Below, piece after piece: positions 29,232-38,883 of a DNA stretch of 64,000 nt. The notes beneath the pieces are model-generated. The model was not told the origin of the DNA. It ran no database searches and saw only the letters and a program-made list of their open reading frames with translations. How positions within the stretch are numbered: position 1 is the stretch's first letter; every line of letters starts with the position of its first letter. The position numbers were made by a program, and so were the translations under genes. The DNA is taken from NCBI GenBank assembly GCA_051747585.1, contig JBNJGH010000003.1, forward strand, positions 13,286 through 77,285. The letters are read 5' to 3'. This stretch comes from Candidatus Rifleibacteriota bacterium (GTDB lineage Bacteria > Muiribacteriota > Ozemobacteria > Ozemobacterales > Ozemobacteraceae).

Positions 29232-31625
29232 ATGATTAATTGTCCCGGCTGTGGCGCCGTAAATAATGAAGACTCAATCAGCTGCATTGCATGCAATCGC
29301 ACCCTGAAAGTAGTTTGCCCGCAATGCTCTTTAAGAAATCCTTTAACAGCTGCAATCTGCAGCCAATGCGGAAGAATTCTCAATGAAAAAAATGATCCGA
29401 GAATTATGCAACAAAAGATCGGGGATCCGGTTAGCGACATGTATGCAGAAGATGATGGCATAACTGCGACTGATGAATTCCCGTTAAATTCCTTTTTAAA
29501 AGTTTTTATCGGCGGATTCGTTTTTGCTCTTCTTTACCTGAGTAAAATTTTAAGTGGATATCCTTTTGCTCTATTGGGCTCCGGACTTCTAAGTGGTATT
29601 CTCGCCCTCTGGGGTTTAATTGAAATTGCTTTCTGGCTGATTGAAGACAATGTAATTAATGAAAATCCGAATAAGGACAAATTACCGGATAATTATCCTA
29701 CAAAAGAAGAAGGCGGTCTTCCCGTCATAGGTGAATCTTTTGAGGAAACAGACAAAGAACTTATTAACAAAAATAAGAGCAGCGAAAAAGCACCTGAACA
29801 ACCATCCTTATCACCAGCAGAAGAAGAGGCTCTTTCTGATGCGGTAAAAGCCGATACCCAAACAGCCTCAGTTAAAGAATCCGAAGAAGATTCAACCAAA
29901 GAATTTTCCCAGGCATCTTCCGAGTCGGATAAGCCCTCCAAACCTCAATACGAAACCCTGGCCGAATTTCTTTCAGATGGTATAGAAAAAGAAATTCAGG
30001 CAGTACAGCGCAAAATAAGACGATCACCGGAAAATTATGCACTTTTGATGCATCTGGCTCAACTTCATGAAGAGCGGGGAGAATTGAACCTTGCTCTCGA
30101 AAAGATGACAGAATGTGTAAGTTTTGAACCTGAAATTGCAGAAATTTATCTGTATTTCGGGGTGCTAAACATGAAAAGCGACCAGATAGAAGAAGCCAGA
30201 GAAGCCTTTTATAAAGCCCTGGACCTCAATCGCTTTATGTCAAAAGCTTTTTATCAACTTGGCATACTTGAACGCGGCTCCGGCGACCTGCAGAAAGCAA
30301 GAAAAAACCTCCAGAAATGTATACAGCTTTCTCCAGACGATGCCTATGCTCATTACCAGCTGGGTATGGTTTACCGGGAAATGGGAGATTCAGGACTTGC
30401 AATGATGGAGCTCAAAAGAGCAACCATACTTCACCCAACTGACTCTTACGGTCACAGTAAACTGGGACAAATTTACCAGCAAAACGGTCAATACGATCTA
30501 TCAATAAGTGAATATTCCCAAGCTTTGAGTCTAAAACCCCACGATCCGTTTGTGCTTGAAAAACTGGCGGAGGTCGTTGCAGCAAAGGGCCTGCCCGCCA
30601 GAGCCGCAGAATTGTTTCAAGAAGCACTGGCAAAGCAGTTTCATCCCAAAATTGAAACAATGATATCTCTGGGCAAAATGCTGAGAAAACTTGAAGAATT
30701 TGAAGATCTCGAGCTCCTTGCAGACGAAATTCTCAGGCTCTCAGAAAACAATTCAGATGGTTTATTTTTAAAGGCATACGCTGTTTTACAACAAAACCGC
30801 GAGCAGGAAGCAATTGAATTATTTGAAAAGCTGAGCGAGTATCCTCATGCAAGCTATGAAGCCTGGCTGGAGCTCGGAAAACTATACCAGAATGAAGGAA
30901 GAGAAGACAAAGCTCTTTCCGCCTTTATAAGAGCTTCGACCAATGCGCCTGACCAGGCCGGAATCTGGAATAATATTGGAATACTGCTCGGCAATCAAAA
31001 AGCTTATGAAGAAGCTTTAAAAGCCTTTAAAAAAGCGGCGAGCTTTGACTATTCAGATCAACAGATAGCAGACAATCTAAAAGCCGTTGAAAAGAAACTC
31101 GAATCCAGTTGCAGTCGAATTATCGAAAGTCGCAAAGCACAGCTGCAAAAAGAGCCTGATGACTTAAATGCATACATAGAAATGGGTCGCGCCTACGAAG
31201 TTTTGCAAAGACCAGATGATGCGCTAATGGCATATCAACGTCTGCTGGCTATCAATCCGGAGCATGTTGACGGTCTTATCTGTTATGCTGAGCTTTTACG
31301 AAAACGTGGTAAGTTAAAAATGGCAATGCGCTGCTATCGCGAAATTCTTAAATTACAGCCTGAAAACGCACGGACTCATTTGTATCTGGTGCAGGCAAAT
31401 CTTAATTTAGGGTTTTTGAATGAAGCCTTGAGGCATGCAGTTACTGCACAAAAACTTAACCAGGATGACCCCAGAACCCATTTTCTTCTGGGCAAAATTT
31501 ATTTTGCCAAAGGCCTTGCCCCCAGAGCTCTTAAAGAATTTACCGTTGTCGCTTCAACAGCTTCTGATCCAGATATGATAAGCTGGGCCGAGTTAATGAG
31601 AAGACGACTTTCAAGGACAGTTTAA
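29232..31625 (+). CDS. Double zinc-ribbon, membrane-anchored TPR protein
   Basis: Four CxxC pairs, two TM helices, acidic linker, many TPR repeats. Confidence 0.85.
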   Translation: MINCPGCGAVNNEDSISCIACNRTLKVVCPQCSLRNPLTAAICSQCGRILNEKNDPRIMQQKIGDPVSDMYAEDDGITATDEFPLNSFLKVFIGGFVFALLYLSKILSGYPFALLGSGLLSGILALWGLIEIAFWLIEDNVINENPNKDKLPDNYPTKEEGGLPVIGESFEETDKELINKNKSSEKAPEQPSLSPAEEEALSDAVKADTQTASVKESEEDSTKEFSQASSESDKPSKPQYETLAEFLSDGIEKEIQAVQRKIRRSPENYALLMHLAQLHEERGELNLALEKMTECVSFEPEIAEIYLYFGVLNMKSDQIEEAREAFYKALDLNRFMSKAFYQLGILERGSGDLQKARKNLQKCIQLSPDDAYAHYQLGMVYREMGDSGLAMMELKRATILHPTDSYGHSKLGQIYQQNGQYDLSISEYSQALSLKPHDPFVLEKLAEVVAAKGLPARAAELFQEALAKQFHPKIETMISLGKMLRKLEEFEDLELLADEILRLSENNSDGLFLKAYAVLQQNREQEAIELFEKLSEYPHASYEAWLELGKLYQNEGREDKALSAFIRASTNAPDQAGIWNNIGILLGNQKAYEEALKAFKKAASFDYSDQQIADNLKAVEKKLESSCSRIIESRKAQLQKEPDDLNAYIEMGRAYEVLQRPDDALMAYQRLLAINPEHVDGLICYAELLRKRGKLKMAMRCYREILKLQPENARTHLYLVQANLNLGFLNEALRHAVTAQKLNQDDPRTHFLLGKIYFAKGLAPRALKEFTVVASTASDPDMISWAELMRRRLSRTV

Positions 31626-31626
31626 T

Positions 31627-32778
31627 GTGAATAGTTCTAAACTTATAACAGCTTTTATTGTTTTTTTATTTTTTTCATCTACTTATTCTGCAAATTGCCA
31701 ATTCAGCAACGAATTAGAGTCAGACGTCTCGGTTAGAGATCTACTCGAAAATTATGAACGTAACCCCAAGGCCGAAACCTATTACTTAATGGCCCTGGCC
31801 GAAACCCAGAAAAACAATATAGAAAAAGCTGAAAAGGCGATAAAAACCGGACTTGCAATCAATCCTCGTTCGGTCAGACTGTTGAATCTGAAAGGGGCAA
31901 TCAAAGCCAGACAAGGGCAACCGGCAGCTGCCAGAAGAATTTTTCTGGGTGTTTTACAGCTCGATCCGGAAAACGAGTATGCCCAAACGTCTTTAAGATC
32001 GGTTGAAAAACAGTTACAGCCACGAAGAAAGCGTTTGCCGCTTTTAGAAAAATCACCGGATAACAAAGTGGACTCTTCTCCTGACAGCCCTCTGAAAAAA
32101 ACTGTAAAAAAACCGAAGGTTGAGAAAAAAATACTACAATCTTCTTACTTCGAAGAAGTTAAAGATAAGCAAAATTGTTATTATGGCATGGCTTCGATTG
32201 ACAGGGCCTATAAAAGATATTTAGATTCGAACCCCACTAATAAAGAATTTTCTTTGAACAAATTAACCGAAGAGGGGTATCTAACTTCAAAACCTATATG
32301 CCCTGATTCAGGGCAATACTCCTACAACGACTCCGATGTCGTATGCAGTGAACATGGCAATAAAACAGAACTCGGTGGTGAAGTAACTTCAGTTTTTAAC
32401 GATTATAACCGCGGTATTAAAGCAAAATTGAGCCATAATTACCTCGATGCCCTTAAAGCTTTTGAACAGGTGGTAGTTCTTTATCCGCGCTGGGCTGAAG
32501 CTCATTACCAGCTTGGAGACACCCTGTTCAGACTGGGAGAAGCCGACGCCGCAATGGTTTCTTTAAGAAAGTGTTTGAAACACAACCCAGATAATCTTGA
32601 CGCGAAACTTCTTCTTGCAAACATTTACTTTAAAGTCGGTCAGAAATCTGCTTCTTTAAAGATTCTCGATGAAATTATAAAAGAAAAGAAAGGTACGGTA
32701 TACGGCCTTTCAGCCAAAAGTATTGCAAGATCAATACGTTCTGGCAGAAACTATTATCAGGTATTTCCTCCCAATTAA
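31627..32778 (+). CDS. Exported TPR protein with central Cys-containing domain
   Basis: Signal peptide; TPRs at both ends; central C...GYL..KPICPDSGQY...VVCSEHG. Confidence 0.75.
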   Translation: MNSSKLITAFIVFLFFSSTYSANCQFSNELESDVSVRDLLENYERNPKAETYYLMALAETQKNNIEKAEKAIKTGLAINPRSVRLLNLKGAIKARQGQPAAARRIFLGVLQLDPENEYAQTSLRSVEKQLQPRRKRLPLLEKSPDNKVDSSPDSPLKKTVKKPKVEKKILQSSYFEEVKDKQNCYYGMASIDRAYKRYLDSNPTNKEFSLNKLTEEGYLTSKPICPDSGQYSYNDSDVVCSEHGNKTELGGEVTSVFNDYNRGIKAKLSHNYLDALKAFEQVVVLYPRWAEAHYQLGDTLFRLGEADAAMVSLRKCLKHNPDNLDAKLLLANIYFKVGQKSASLKILDEIIKEKKGTVYGLSAKSIARSIRSGRNYYQVFPPN

Positions 32779-32789
32779 AGCTGCTTGAA

Positions 32790-33653
32790 ATGAAAAAGAA
32801 ATTAAAAAAATTAGCATTTATATGTCATCCGACTCGATCATCGCTTCCACCGATCATTAAAGAGCTGATTTGCTGGGCTGAGGAAAATGATATCGGAGTA
32901 AGACTCACTCCCCGAATGGCTCAAATAGTTCAACGACCTGAACTTGGACTTCCCCGTCAGGATATGGCTCGCGAAATCGATATGGTTATAGTTCTTGGTG
33001 GAGACGGTTCTATTCTTGAAACCACTAGAGCTTTTGCCGCAGACGGAATTCCGGTAGCAGGTCTCAACCTTGGTCATCTAGGTTTTTTGACGCTGGATGA
33101 ACCAAAAAATGCAATAAGCACCCTTGAAAAATTGCGGGACGGTAAATTTCGTATCGAAAACCGTATGATGTTGCAGGCAGTCGTTTACCGCAACGGCAGA
33201 CAAATGTTTCGGGGAATCGCTTTAAACGATGTCGTAATTCAAAAAGGCACAATGCTGAGAGTTATTAACATTGATGTAGCTATTTCAGGTGCCAAAGTAA
33301 ATACCTATCATGGAGACGGGATCATTTTCGCCACACCGACAGGCTCAACTGCATATTCGTTGTCGGCAGGCGGTCCAATTGTTCCACCCTGGGTTAATGT
33401 TATGGTGATTTGTCCGCTTAATTGCCACACACTAAGTGCCAGACCGGTAATAACTTCGGATCAGGAATACATCAGCGCAAAAATCAGCTGCATTCATTCC
33501 AAGGTAGATCTGGTTCTCGATGGACAGGAAGGCTTCAGACTGCTGGATGAAGATATTATCGAAGTATCGCGAGCACAAGAGTTGGGAAAAATCGTGGTAT
33601 TCAAATCGCGAAATTTCTTTGAAGTACTTAGTAAAAAAATGAACTGGGGTTAA
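32790..33653 (+). CDS. nadK: NAD(+) kinase
   Basis: LGGDGS, NLGHLGFL, LND, DGIIFATPTGSTAYSLSAGGP. Confidence 0.96.
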   Translation: MKKKLKKLAFICHPTRSSLPPIIKELICWAEENDIGVRLTPRMAQIVQRPELGLPRQDMAREIDMVIVLGGDGSILETTRAFAADGIPVAGLNLGHLGFLTLDEPKNAISTLEKLRDGKFRIENRMMLQAVVYRNGRQMFRGIALNDVVIQKGTMLRVINIDVAISGAKVNTYHGDGIIFATPTGSTAYSLSAGGPIVPPWVNVMVICPLNCHTLSARPVITSDQEYISAKISCIHSKVDLVLDGQEGFRLLDEDIIEVSRAQELGKIVVFKSRNFFEVLSKKMNWG

Positions 33654-33662
33654 AAAGAAAAA

Positions 33663-35546
33663 ATGAGATTTAAATTTTTTTCTATTCTGTTACTATTATC
33701 TCTTTTTATTCCGTCCAGCTTATCTGCTCAGGGCGATTTTGATATTAAGGCTATAAGACCCGCAATTAAAGAAAACGGGCATTTTCTGGCTCAGATTAAA
33801 GTCGTCGTTGGAGAAGATCACCTTATTTATCGCGAACAAACGAGTATTACCAGTGAATCAGATAAAATCGAGATCGTATGGCCAGATACCAGAATAAAGC
33901 CTGACCCCTTTACCGGCAAAAAAGTAGAGGTTTTTGACGCAGGCAGTCATATTTTTAAAATACTGGTATTTAGCGAAAATCTTTCTAAAGAAACAATCAA
34001 GCTCAAATTTAGTTACCAGGGCTGCTCAAATAAAACCTGTTTTTTTCCTACCAGTAAGACACTTAACTTTTCAGTTAAAAATGAGCCAACAACAAATCAA
34101 CCGACTGACACCTCAAACAGCCCCTTTCAAATTTCCACACCCGGTCTTATGTCTTTAAATCTTGAGTCCGATAAAGAGCCTGAGGCTGAAACAGAAAAAA
34201 CCAAAAAAAAAACCAGTTTCAAGCACCACAAAAAAATTACAGTAAATAATGCTGCAAAAGTTGAAGAAGAAAGCTTTGATACCGGCTTCGACCAAATGTC
34301 TTCAGTTTTAAAAGAACATGGTATTTTCTGGGTGCTGATTTTATCATTCCTTGGCGGCTTGCTGATAAGTTTAACTCCATGCGTTTACCCTATGATTCCG
34401 ATAACTCTTTCGATTATAGGCAGTCGGAAAGAAAATCAAAGTTTTTATAAAGGCCTCGGACTTTCAGCCATTTATGTCGCCGGCCTCTCGCTAACTTATG
34501 CCCTGCTTGGACTAACCGCTGCCACTTTTGGAGCTCAGATTCGCAGCATACTTCAAGGAACTGCTTTTCAAGCAGCTATTTCAGTGATTTTCTTTTTACT
34601 AGCGCTGTCGATGTTTGATATTTTTATGATTCAGGCTCCAACTTCTTTGCGCAATAAATTAAGTAACATAAAAAAGACCGGGCTTTTCGGAATTTTTATT
34701 ATGGGTCTGGTTTCCGGGCTGATGGCCTCTCCATGTGTTGCTGCACCTCTTGCAGGAATTCTTGCTTTTATTGCAGCTACCGGCAGTCAAACGATGGGCT
34801 TCTTTATGCTTCTGCTGTTTGCCTGGGGTATGAGCATACCCTTGCTTTTAATTGGTGCCTTTTCTGGTTCGTTAAACGCATTACCCAAAGCAGGGGAATG
34901 GATGAACCGGGTCAAAGAATTTTATGGTTTCCTGCTCATGGGTGCTTCGCTTTATTTTGCCAGACCACTTATTGGCGAAACCTGGACAGATCTGGGTGTT
35001 GCGCTTCTTTTGGCAGCATTTGCAGCTTTTCTTGGCCTCTTCAATAAGCTCGAACAAAACTCAACTTTTTTGCAAAAATCATTTAAAGCATTCGGCATAG
35101 TAACAATTGCGGTGGCATCTGCATTTGCAATCAGCGCAACAGCCAGATGGGGCAGCCTGTGTATGCCCGGCCCTGCAAACGAAAGATTGCAACAATCACA
35201 GACTATAAGCTGGAATTACGACCTCGACTCGGCCCTAAAAGAAGCTGCGGGCAAAGACCAATTAATCTTTGTCGACTTCCGGGCCGACTGGTGTACTATT
35301 TGTCGGGAACTCGAAGAGCGGGTTTTCCCCCGCCCTGCGATTGCAAACCTTTTAAATAAAATGGTGGCTGTCAAAATTGATGCAACCACCACCAGCCACG
35401 AAATCAAGCACCTTAACCAGAAATATTCTGTTGTCGGTCTCCCCACTCTTCTTATTCTTGACTCTCAAGGCAACGAAATTAAACGAATGGTCGGAAACAT
35501 CAGCACTCCCGACCTGAAATCAATCCTGGAAAAAGCCCTGAGATAA
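33663..35546 (+). CDS. dsbD: Thiol:disulfide interchange protein DsbD
   Basis: QGCSNKTCF, SLTPCVYPMIP, SPCVAAPL and thioredoxin ADWCTIC. Confidence 0.93.
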   Translation: MRFKFFSILLLLSLFIPSSLSAQGDFDIKAIRPAIKENGHFLAQIKVVVGEDHLIYREQTSITSESDKIEIVWPDTRIKPDPFTGKKVEVFDAGSHIFKILVFSENLSKETIKLKFSYQGCSNKTCFFPTSKTLNFSVKNEPTTNQPTDTSNSPFQISTPGLMSLNLESDKEPEAETEKTKKKTSFKHHKKITVNNAAKVEEESFDTGFDQMSSVLKEHGIFWVLILSFLGGLLISLTPCVYPMIPITLSIIGSRKENQSFYKGLGLSAIYVAGLSLTYALLGLTAATFGAQIRSILQGTAFQAAISVIFFLLALSMFDIFMIQAPTSLRNKLSNIKKTGLFGIFIMGLVSGLMASPCVAAPLAGILAFIAATGSQTMGFFMLLLFAWGMSIPLLLIGAFSGSLNALPKAGEWMNRVKEFYGFLLMGASLYFARPLIGETWTDLGVALLLAAFAAFLGLFNKLEQNSTFLQKSFKAFGIVTIAVASAFAISATARWGSLCMPGPANERLQQSQTISWNYDLDSALKEAAGKDQLIFVDFRADWCTICRELEERVFPRPAIANLLNKMVAVKIDATTTSHEIKHLNQKYSVVGLPTLLILDSQGNEIKRMVGNISTPDLKSILEKALR

Positions 35547-35555
35547 TTAGAACAA

Positions 35556-35880
35556 TCAGCAATTCTCAGTGAACTGTTATTAGCTGGTTTTTAAAATCTT
35601 TGGTTTTATTTCTTTCTGTCAAATATAGAATTTAAACCACCGAGATCACTGAGGCCACCGAGTGGATTGTTTTATCTTTTTCAGCCTTGTTCCCGGCAGC
35701 AGCAAGCCCTCAGAAAAACATGAGTGCTTTTCTGAGGGCTTGCTGCTGCCGGGAAAGCCGGGCGGTGAAACCGCCGGCTGATTGTCCCCAGGACAATCAG
35801 CCGGCTGAAAAAGATGCTCTGTGATTCTCTGAGAGCTCTGTGGTTAATTTCTTTGCGGCTTTGAGGCTTGGTGGTGTGAG
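35556..35880 (+). repeat. Nested palindromic element, copy 2 (core 35674-35815, inverted relative to copy 1)
   Basis: Flanks nearly identical to copy 1 (gtcaaatatagaatttaaaccaccgagatcac...), but hairpin order is reversed. Confidence 0.92.
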
Positions 35881-35893
35881 GAATCTTAAATAA

Positions 35894-36658
35894 TTATAGT
35901 CCTGTTGGCAGGTCTATAAATTCATATTCCAGCGCGAACTTTTCGGCCAGATGTTTGGCCAGAGCTTGAACTCCAAAAACCTCAGTCGCATAATGTCCCG
36001 CCGAAACCATGTTTACTCCTACATCTCGGCAGGCTGCAACCCCCTGGTGAATAATTTCACCGGTTAAAATTAAATCGATTTCGCCGTTATAAACCTGCTC
36101 AGCATTTACAGAGCTCCAGCCACCGCCGGAAGTAATTCCAATATTTTGAACTTTTTCTTTACCAAAATCCAGATTGGTATTGATTGGGCCAATCAATTTT
36201 TCGATTTTATTTTTAAACTCATTTAGTGATACAGGTTGCTTGAGTCTGGCAAGTACACCCACAGGATTTCTGCCTGCTCCAAAAGGGCCTTTTACTTCTG
36301 CTTGAAGTAAGTTGGCCATTTGAGCATTATTACCAAAAATCAAATGCGCATCAAGCGGTAGATGCATGGCAAAAAGATTAAGATCGCCCTTCATAAGCGA
36401 TTTAACCATTCGTTGTTTTATGCGGTTAAGGCTTGTCCATTCTCCGCCTTTCCAGAACAGGCCGTGATGAACAAATGCAAAATCACCGTTTTTTTTGATT
36501 GCCTTATCAAAGAACTCAACAGTTGCATCAACGCCGGCAATTATTTTTTTTATTTCTTCTTTTCCTTCAAATTGCAGGCCATTGTATGAATAATCGGGAA
36601 AATTGTAATCTGCAAAAATTTCATTAATATATTTAATCAGTTCATTTCGATTTACCAT
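35894..36658 (-). CDS. Nif3-like dinuclear metal centre protein (YbgI/DUF34)
   Basis: DYSYNGLQFEG, VHHGLFW, HLPLDAH..FGNN, AGHYATE, DLPTGL. Confidence 0.93.
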   Translation of the reverse strand: MVNRNELIKYINEIFADYNFPDYSYNGLQFEGKEEIKKIIAGVDATVEFFDKAIKKNGDFAFVHHGLFWKGGEWTSLNRIKQRMVKSLMKGDLNLFAMHLPLDAHLIFGNNAQMANLLQAEVKGPFGAGRNPVGVLARLKQPVSLNEFKNKIEKLIGPINTNLDFGKEKVQNIGITSGGGWSSVNAEQVYNGEIDLILTGEIIHQGVAACRDVGVNMVSAGHYATEVFGVQALAKHLAEKFALEYEFIDLPTGL

Positions 36659-37442
36659 TAAAATCTCTCCTGTTCATCTTAAGTGGTATTGTATCAAAAC
36701 AATAATCGATACCCAGCTCATTACACTTTTCTTTAACAAATAATTTCTGCTGACCGGTTTTTGATGCTTCGACTGTCAAAAGCAAACAATCATTATTTAA
36801 TAAAGGCTCAACTTTTTTTAAGCGCTTTTTGCGCTGCCAGGGATGAATATGTTTACCGTTTTTATCATTGAATAAACCGCTGGTAATTACACCATCGATT
36901 TTATTGTTTATTAACGTTTCTTCGACAAAGGTTTCACCTTCAAGCAATATTAGAGGATCACTTTTGTATCTCGCAGCCTGCTCAGTTATTTTTAAAACAA
37001 GCTGCCACATCATTCGTTTATTTAAAGGATTGTTAGAAACGAGTTTAAAATAATCTGCCCGTGCCAGTAAAATACCTTCAAAGCCTTTCAACATATATTC
37101 TCGCACTCTACTGACAAGAATATTTGTGAATGCCTGGGAATAAAAGCGGGCAAATTTAAGATTTTGGGGTGATTTTTTCCGATCTAAGACATAGTTTTTG
37201 GCTCTAATGTCTAAAGGCATAATACGCCAGTCTTCGACCTCACAAACATTCAGCCAGGCTACAGGAGTAAGTCCTTTATTTACGAGCTCCTGTAATTGGG
37301 CACGACTGTAACAGTCAGGATCCAGCACAACTATACCATTTGAGGCCGTAATTTCTTCACCGGTGGCTACAAATTGCCAACCAAAAGCTGATACCGTAGA
37401 AAAAACAAATACAAGCAACAGAGACAGGATATTTTTTTTCAC
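36642..37442 (-). CDS. Exported GH114/endo-alpha-1,4-polygalactosaminidase-like TIM-barrel protein, divergent
   Basis: Signal peptide; VVLDPD, AWLNVCEVEDWR, KGFEGILL. Confidence 0.55.
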   Translation of the reverse strand: MKKNILSLLLVFVFSTVSAFGWQFVATGEEITASNGIVVLDPDCYSRAQLQELVNKGLTPVAWLNVCEVEDWRIMPLDIRAKNYVLDRKKSPQNLKFARFYSQAFTNILVSRVREYMLKGFEGILLARADYFKLVSNNPLNKRMMWQLVLKITEQAARYKSDPLILLEGETFVEETLINNKIDGVITSGLFNDKNGKHIHPWQRKKRLKKVEPLLNNDCLLLTVEASKTGQQKLFVKEKCNELGIDYCFDTIPLKMNRRDFNGKSK

Positions 37443-38857
37443 AATAACGCCTCTGCTTCTTTGATCTTATTTTCTACGAACTGCTTATATTCAGATAAGC
37501 TGCTTGTATCTTCGGCCTCAAACCTTGAAACAAGAATTGGCTGAGTATTTGAGGCTCTTACAAGGCCCCAGCCTTTATCGAACTCAACTCTTATGCCATC
37601 GGTTAAATTTATGTTTCTTATAATCGGTGCAGTTAAACTTTTATTATGGGTTTGAATTAAATTTATAACCTGATCAACTACTTTGAACTTTTTGCTTTCT
37701 TCGCAATCTATTCTTATTTCCGGAGTCACAATAACTTCAGGTAAATCTCTTAAAAAATCGGCAGGGCATTTATCGGGCATTGCCTGAGCCGATATGCGGG
37801 CAATCTCGAGTGATGCGTGAATCGCATCATCGAAGCCGAAGAATTCTTCGGCAAAAAAGATGTGTCCGCTCATTTCGCCTGCCAGCATTGCTTTGGCTTC
37901 TTTCATTTTATTTTTAATCAAAGAATGCCCGGTTTTCCACATAACCGGGTTGCCGCCGGCATTTTCAATTTCGCGATACATTCTGGTCGAACATTTTACC
38001 TCTCCAATAATTGTGGCATGAGGATTTCTTTGCAGAACATCTCTGGCCAGAATAATCATAATTTCATCGCCCCAGAGAATATTGCCTTCGTTATCGACCA
38101 CTCCCAGCCGATCGCTATCGCCATCATAAGAAAAGCCCACATCTGCCCCGACCTCTTTTACTTTGCTTACAAGGTGCTGCAGATTTTTTTCCACTGTCGG
38201 ATCCGGATGATGATTTGGGAAATTGCCATCGGGCTCACAGAATAATTCAATAACTTCACAACCCAGTTTTTTGAAAATTTGCGGTGCAACAAGCCCGGCT
38301 GTGCCATTGCCTGCATCGACAACCACCTTCGGTTTATTTGCTTGTTCTTTGAGGGCTTTCTGTCTATTGATCTGAAAATCTATATAAGCTTCAATAATGT
38401 TATAAGAACTTTGCTTTCCGTTTCCATCAATGAAGCTTTCTTTTTCGAGAATTTCGCGAACTTTTTGAATTTGATCGCCATAAATAGTAGTTTTGTTAAA
38501 ACCAAGTTTGAAGCCGTTGTATTCAGGCGGGTTGTGGCTTCCCGTAATCATGATGGCTCCGTCAATATCGAGCTTGAACATGGAATAATAAACCAGAGGA
38601 GTCGGACACATTCCCAGATCGATAACATCGACTCCTGAGTCGAGAAGCCCTCTGGTAAACCAGTCCTGCAATTGCGGACCGCTAAGACGGGCATCTCGCC
38701 CTATTGCCATGCGTAGCTCGCCGGGCTTGCCTTTTTCATTGGCCACATAAGCTGCAAAAGATCTGGCAAGCTTATATATGAATTCCTCTGAAAAGTCTTT
38801 CTCAACTATTCCTCTTATATCGTATTGTTTAAAAACGCTTTTATTAAAATTTTTCAT
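37439..38857 (-). CDS. Phosphomannomutase/phosphoglucomutase (AlgC-like)
   Basis: FKQYDIRG, ITGSHNP, DGDSDR, GEMSGH, RASNTQP. Confidence 0.95.
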   Translation of the reverse strand: MKNFNKSVFKQYDIRGIVEKDFSEEFIYKLARSFAAYVANEKGKPGELRMAIGRDARLSGPQLQDWFTRGLLDSGVDVIDLGMCPTPLVYYSMFKLDIDGAIMITGSHNPPEYNGFKLGFNKTTIYGDQIQKVREILEKESFIDGNGKQSSYNIIEAYIDFQINRQKALKEQANKPKVVVDAGNGTAGLVAPQIFKKLGCEVIELFCEPDGNFPNHHPDPTVEKNLQHLVSKVKEVGADVGFSYDGDSDRLGVVDNEGNILWGDEIMIILARDVLQRNPHATIIGEVKCSTRMYREIENAGGNPVMWKTGHSLIKNKMKEAKAMLAGEMSGHIFFAEEFFGFDDAIHASLEIARISAQAMPDKCPADFLRDLPEVIVTPEIRIDCEESKKFKVVDQVINLIQTHNKSLTAPIIRNINLTDGIRVEFDKGWGLVRASNTQPILVSRFEAEDTSSLSEYKQFVENKIKEAEALL

Positions 38858-38883
38858 TATCGCCTCAACTCTTTGTATAAAAT

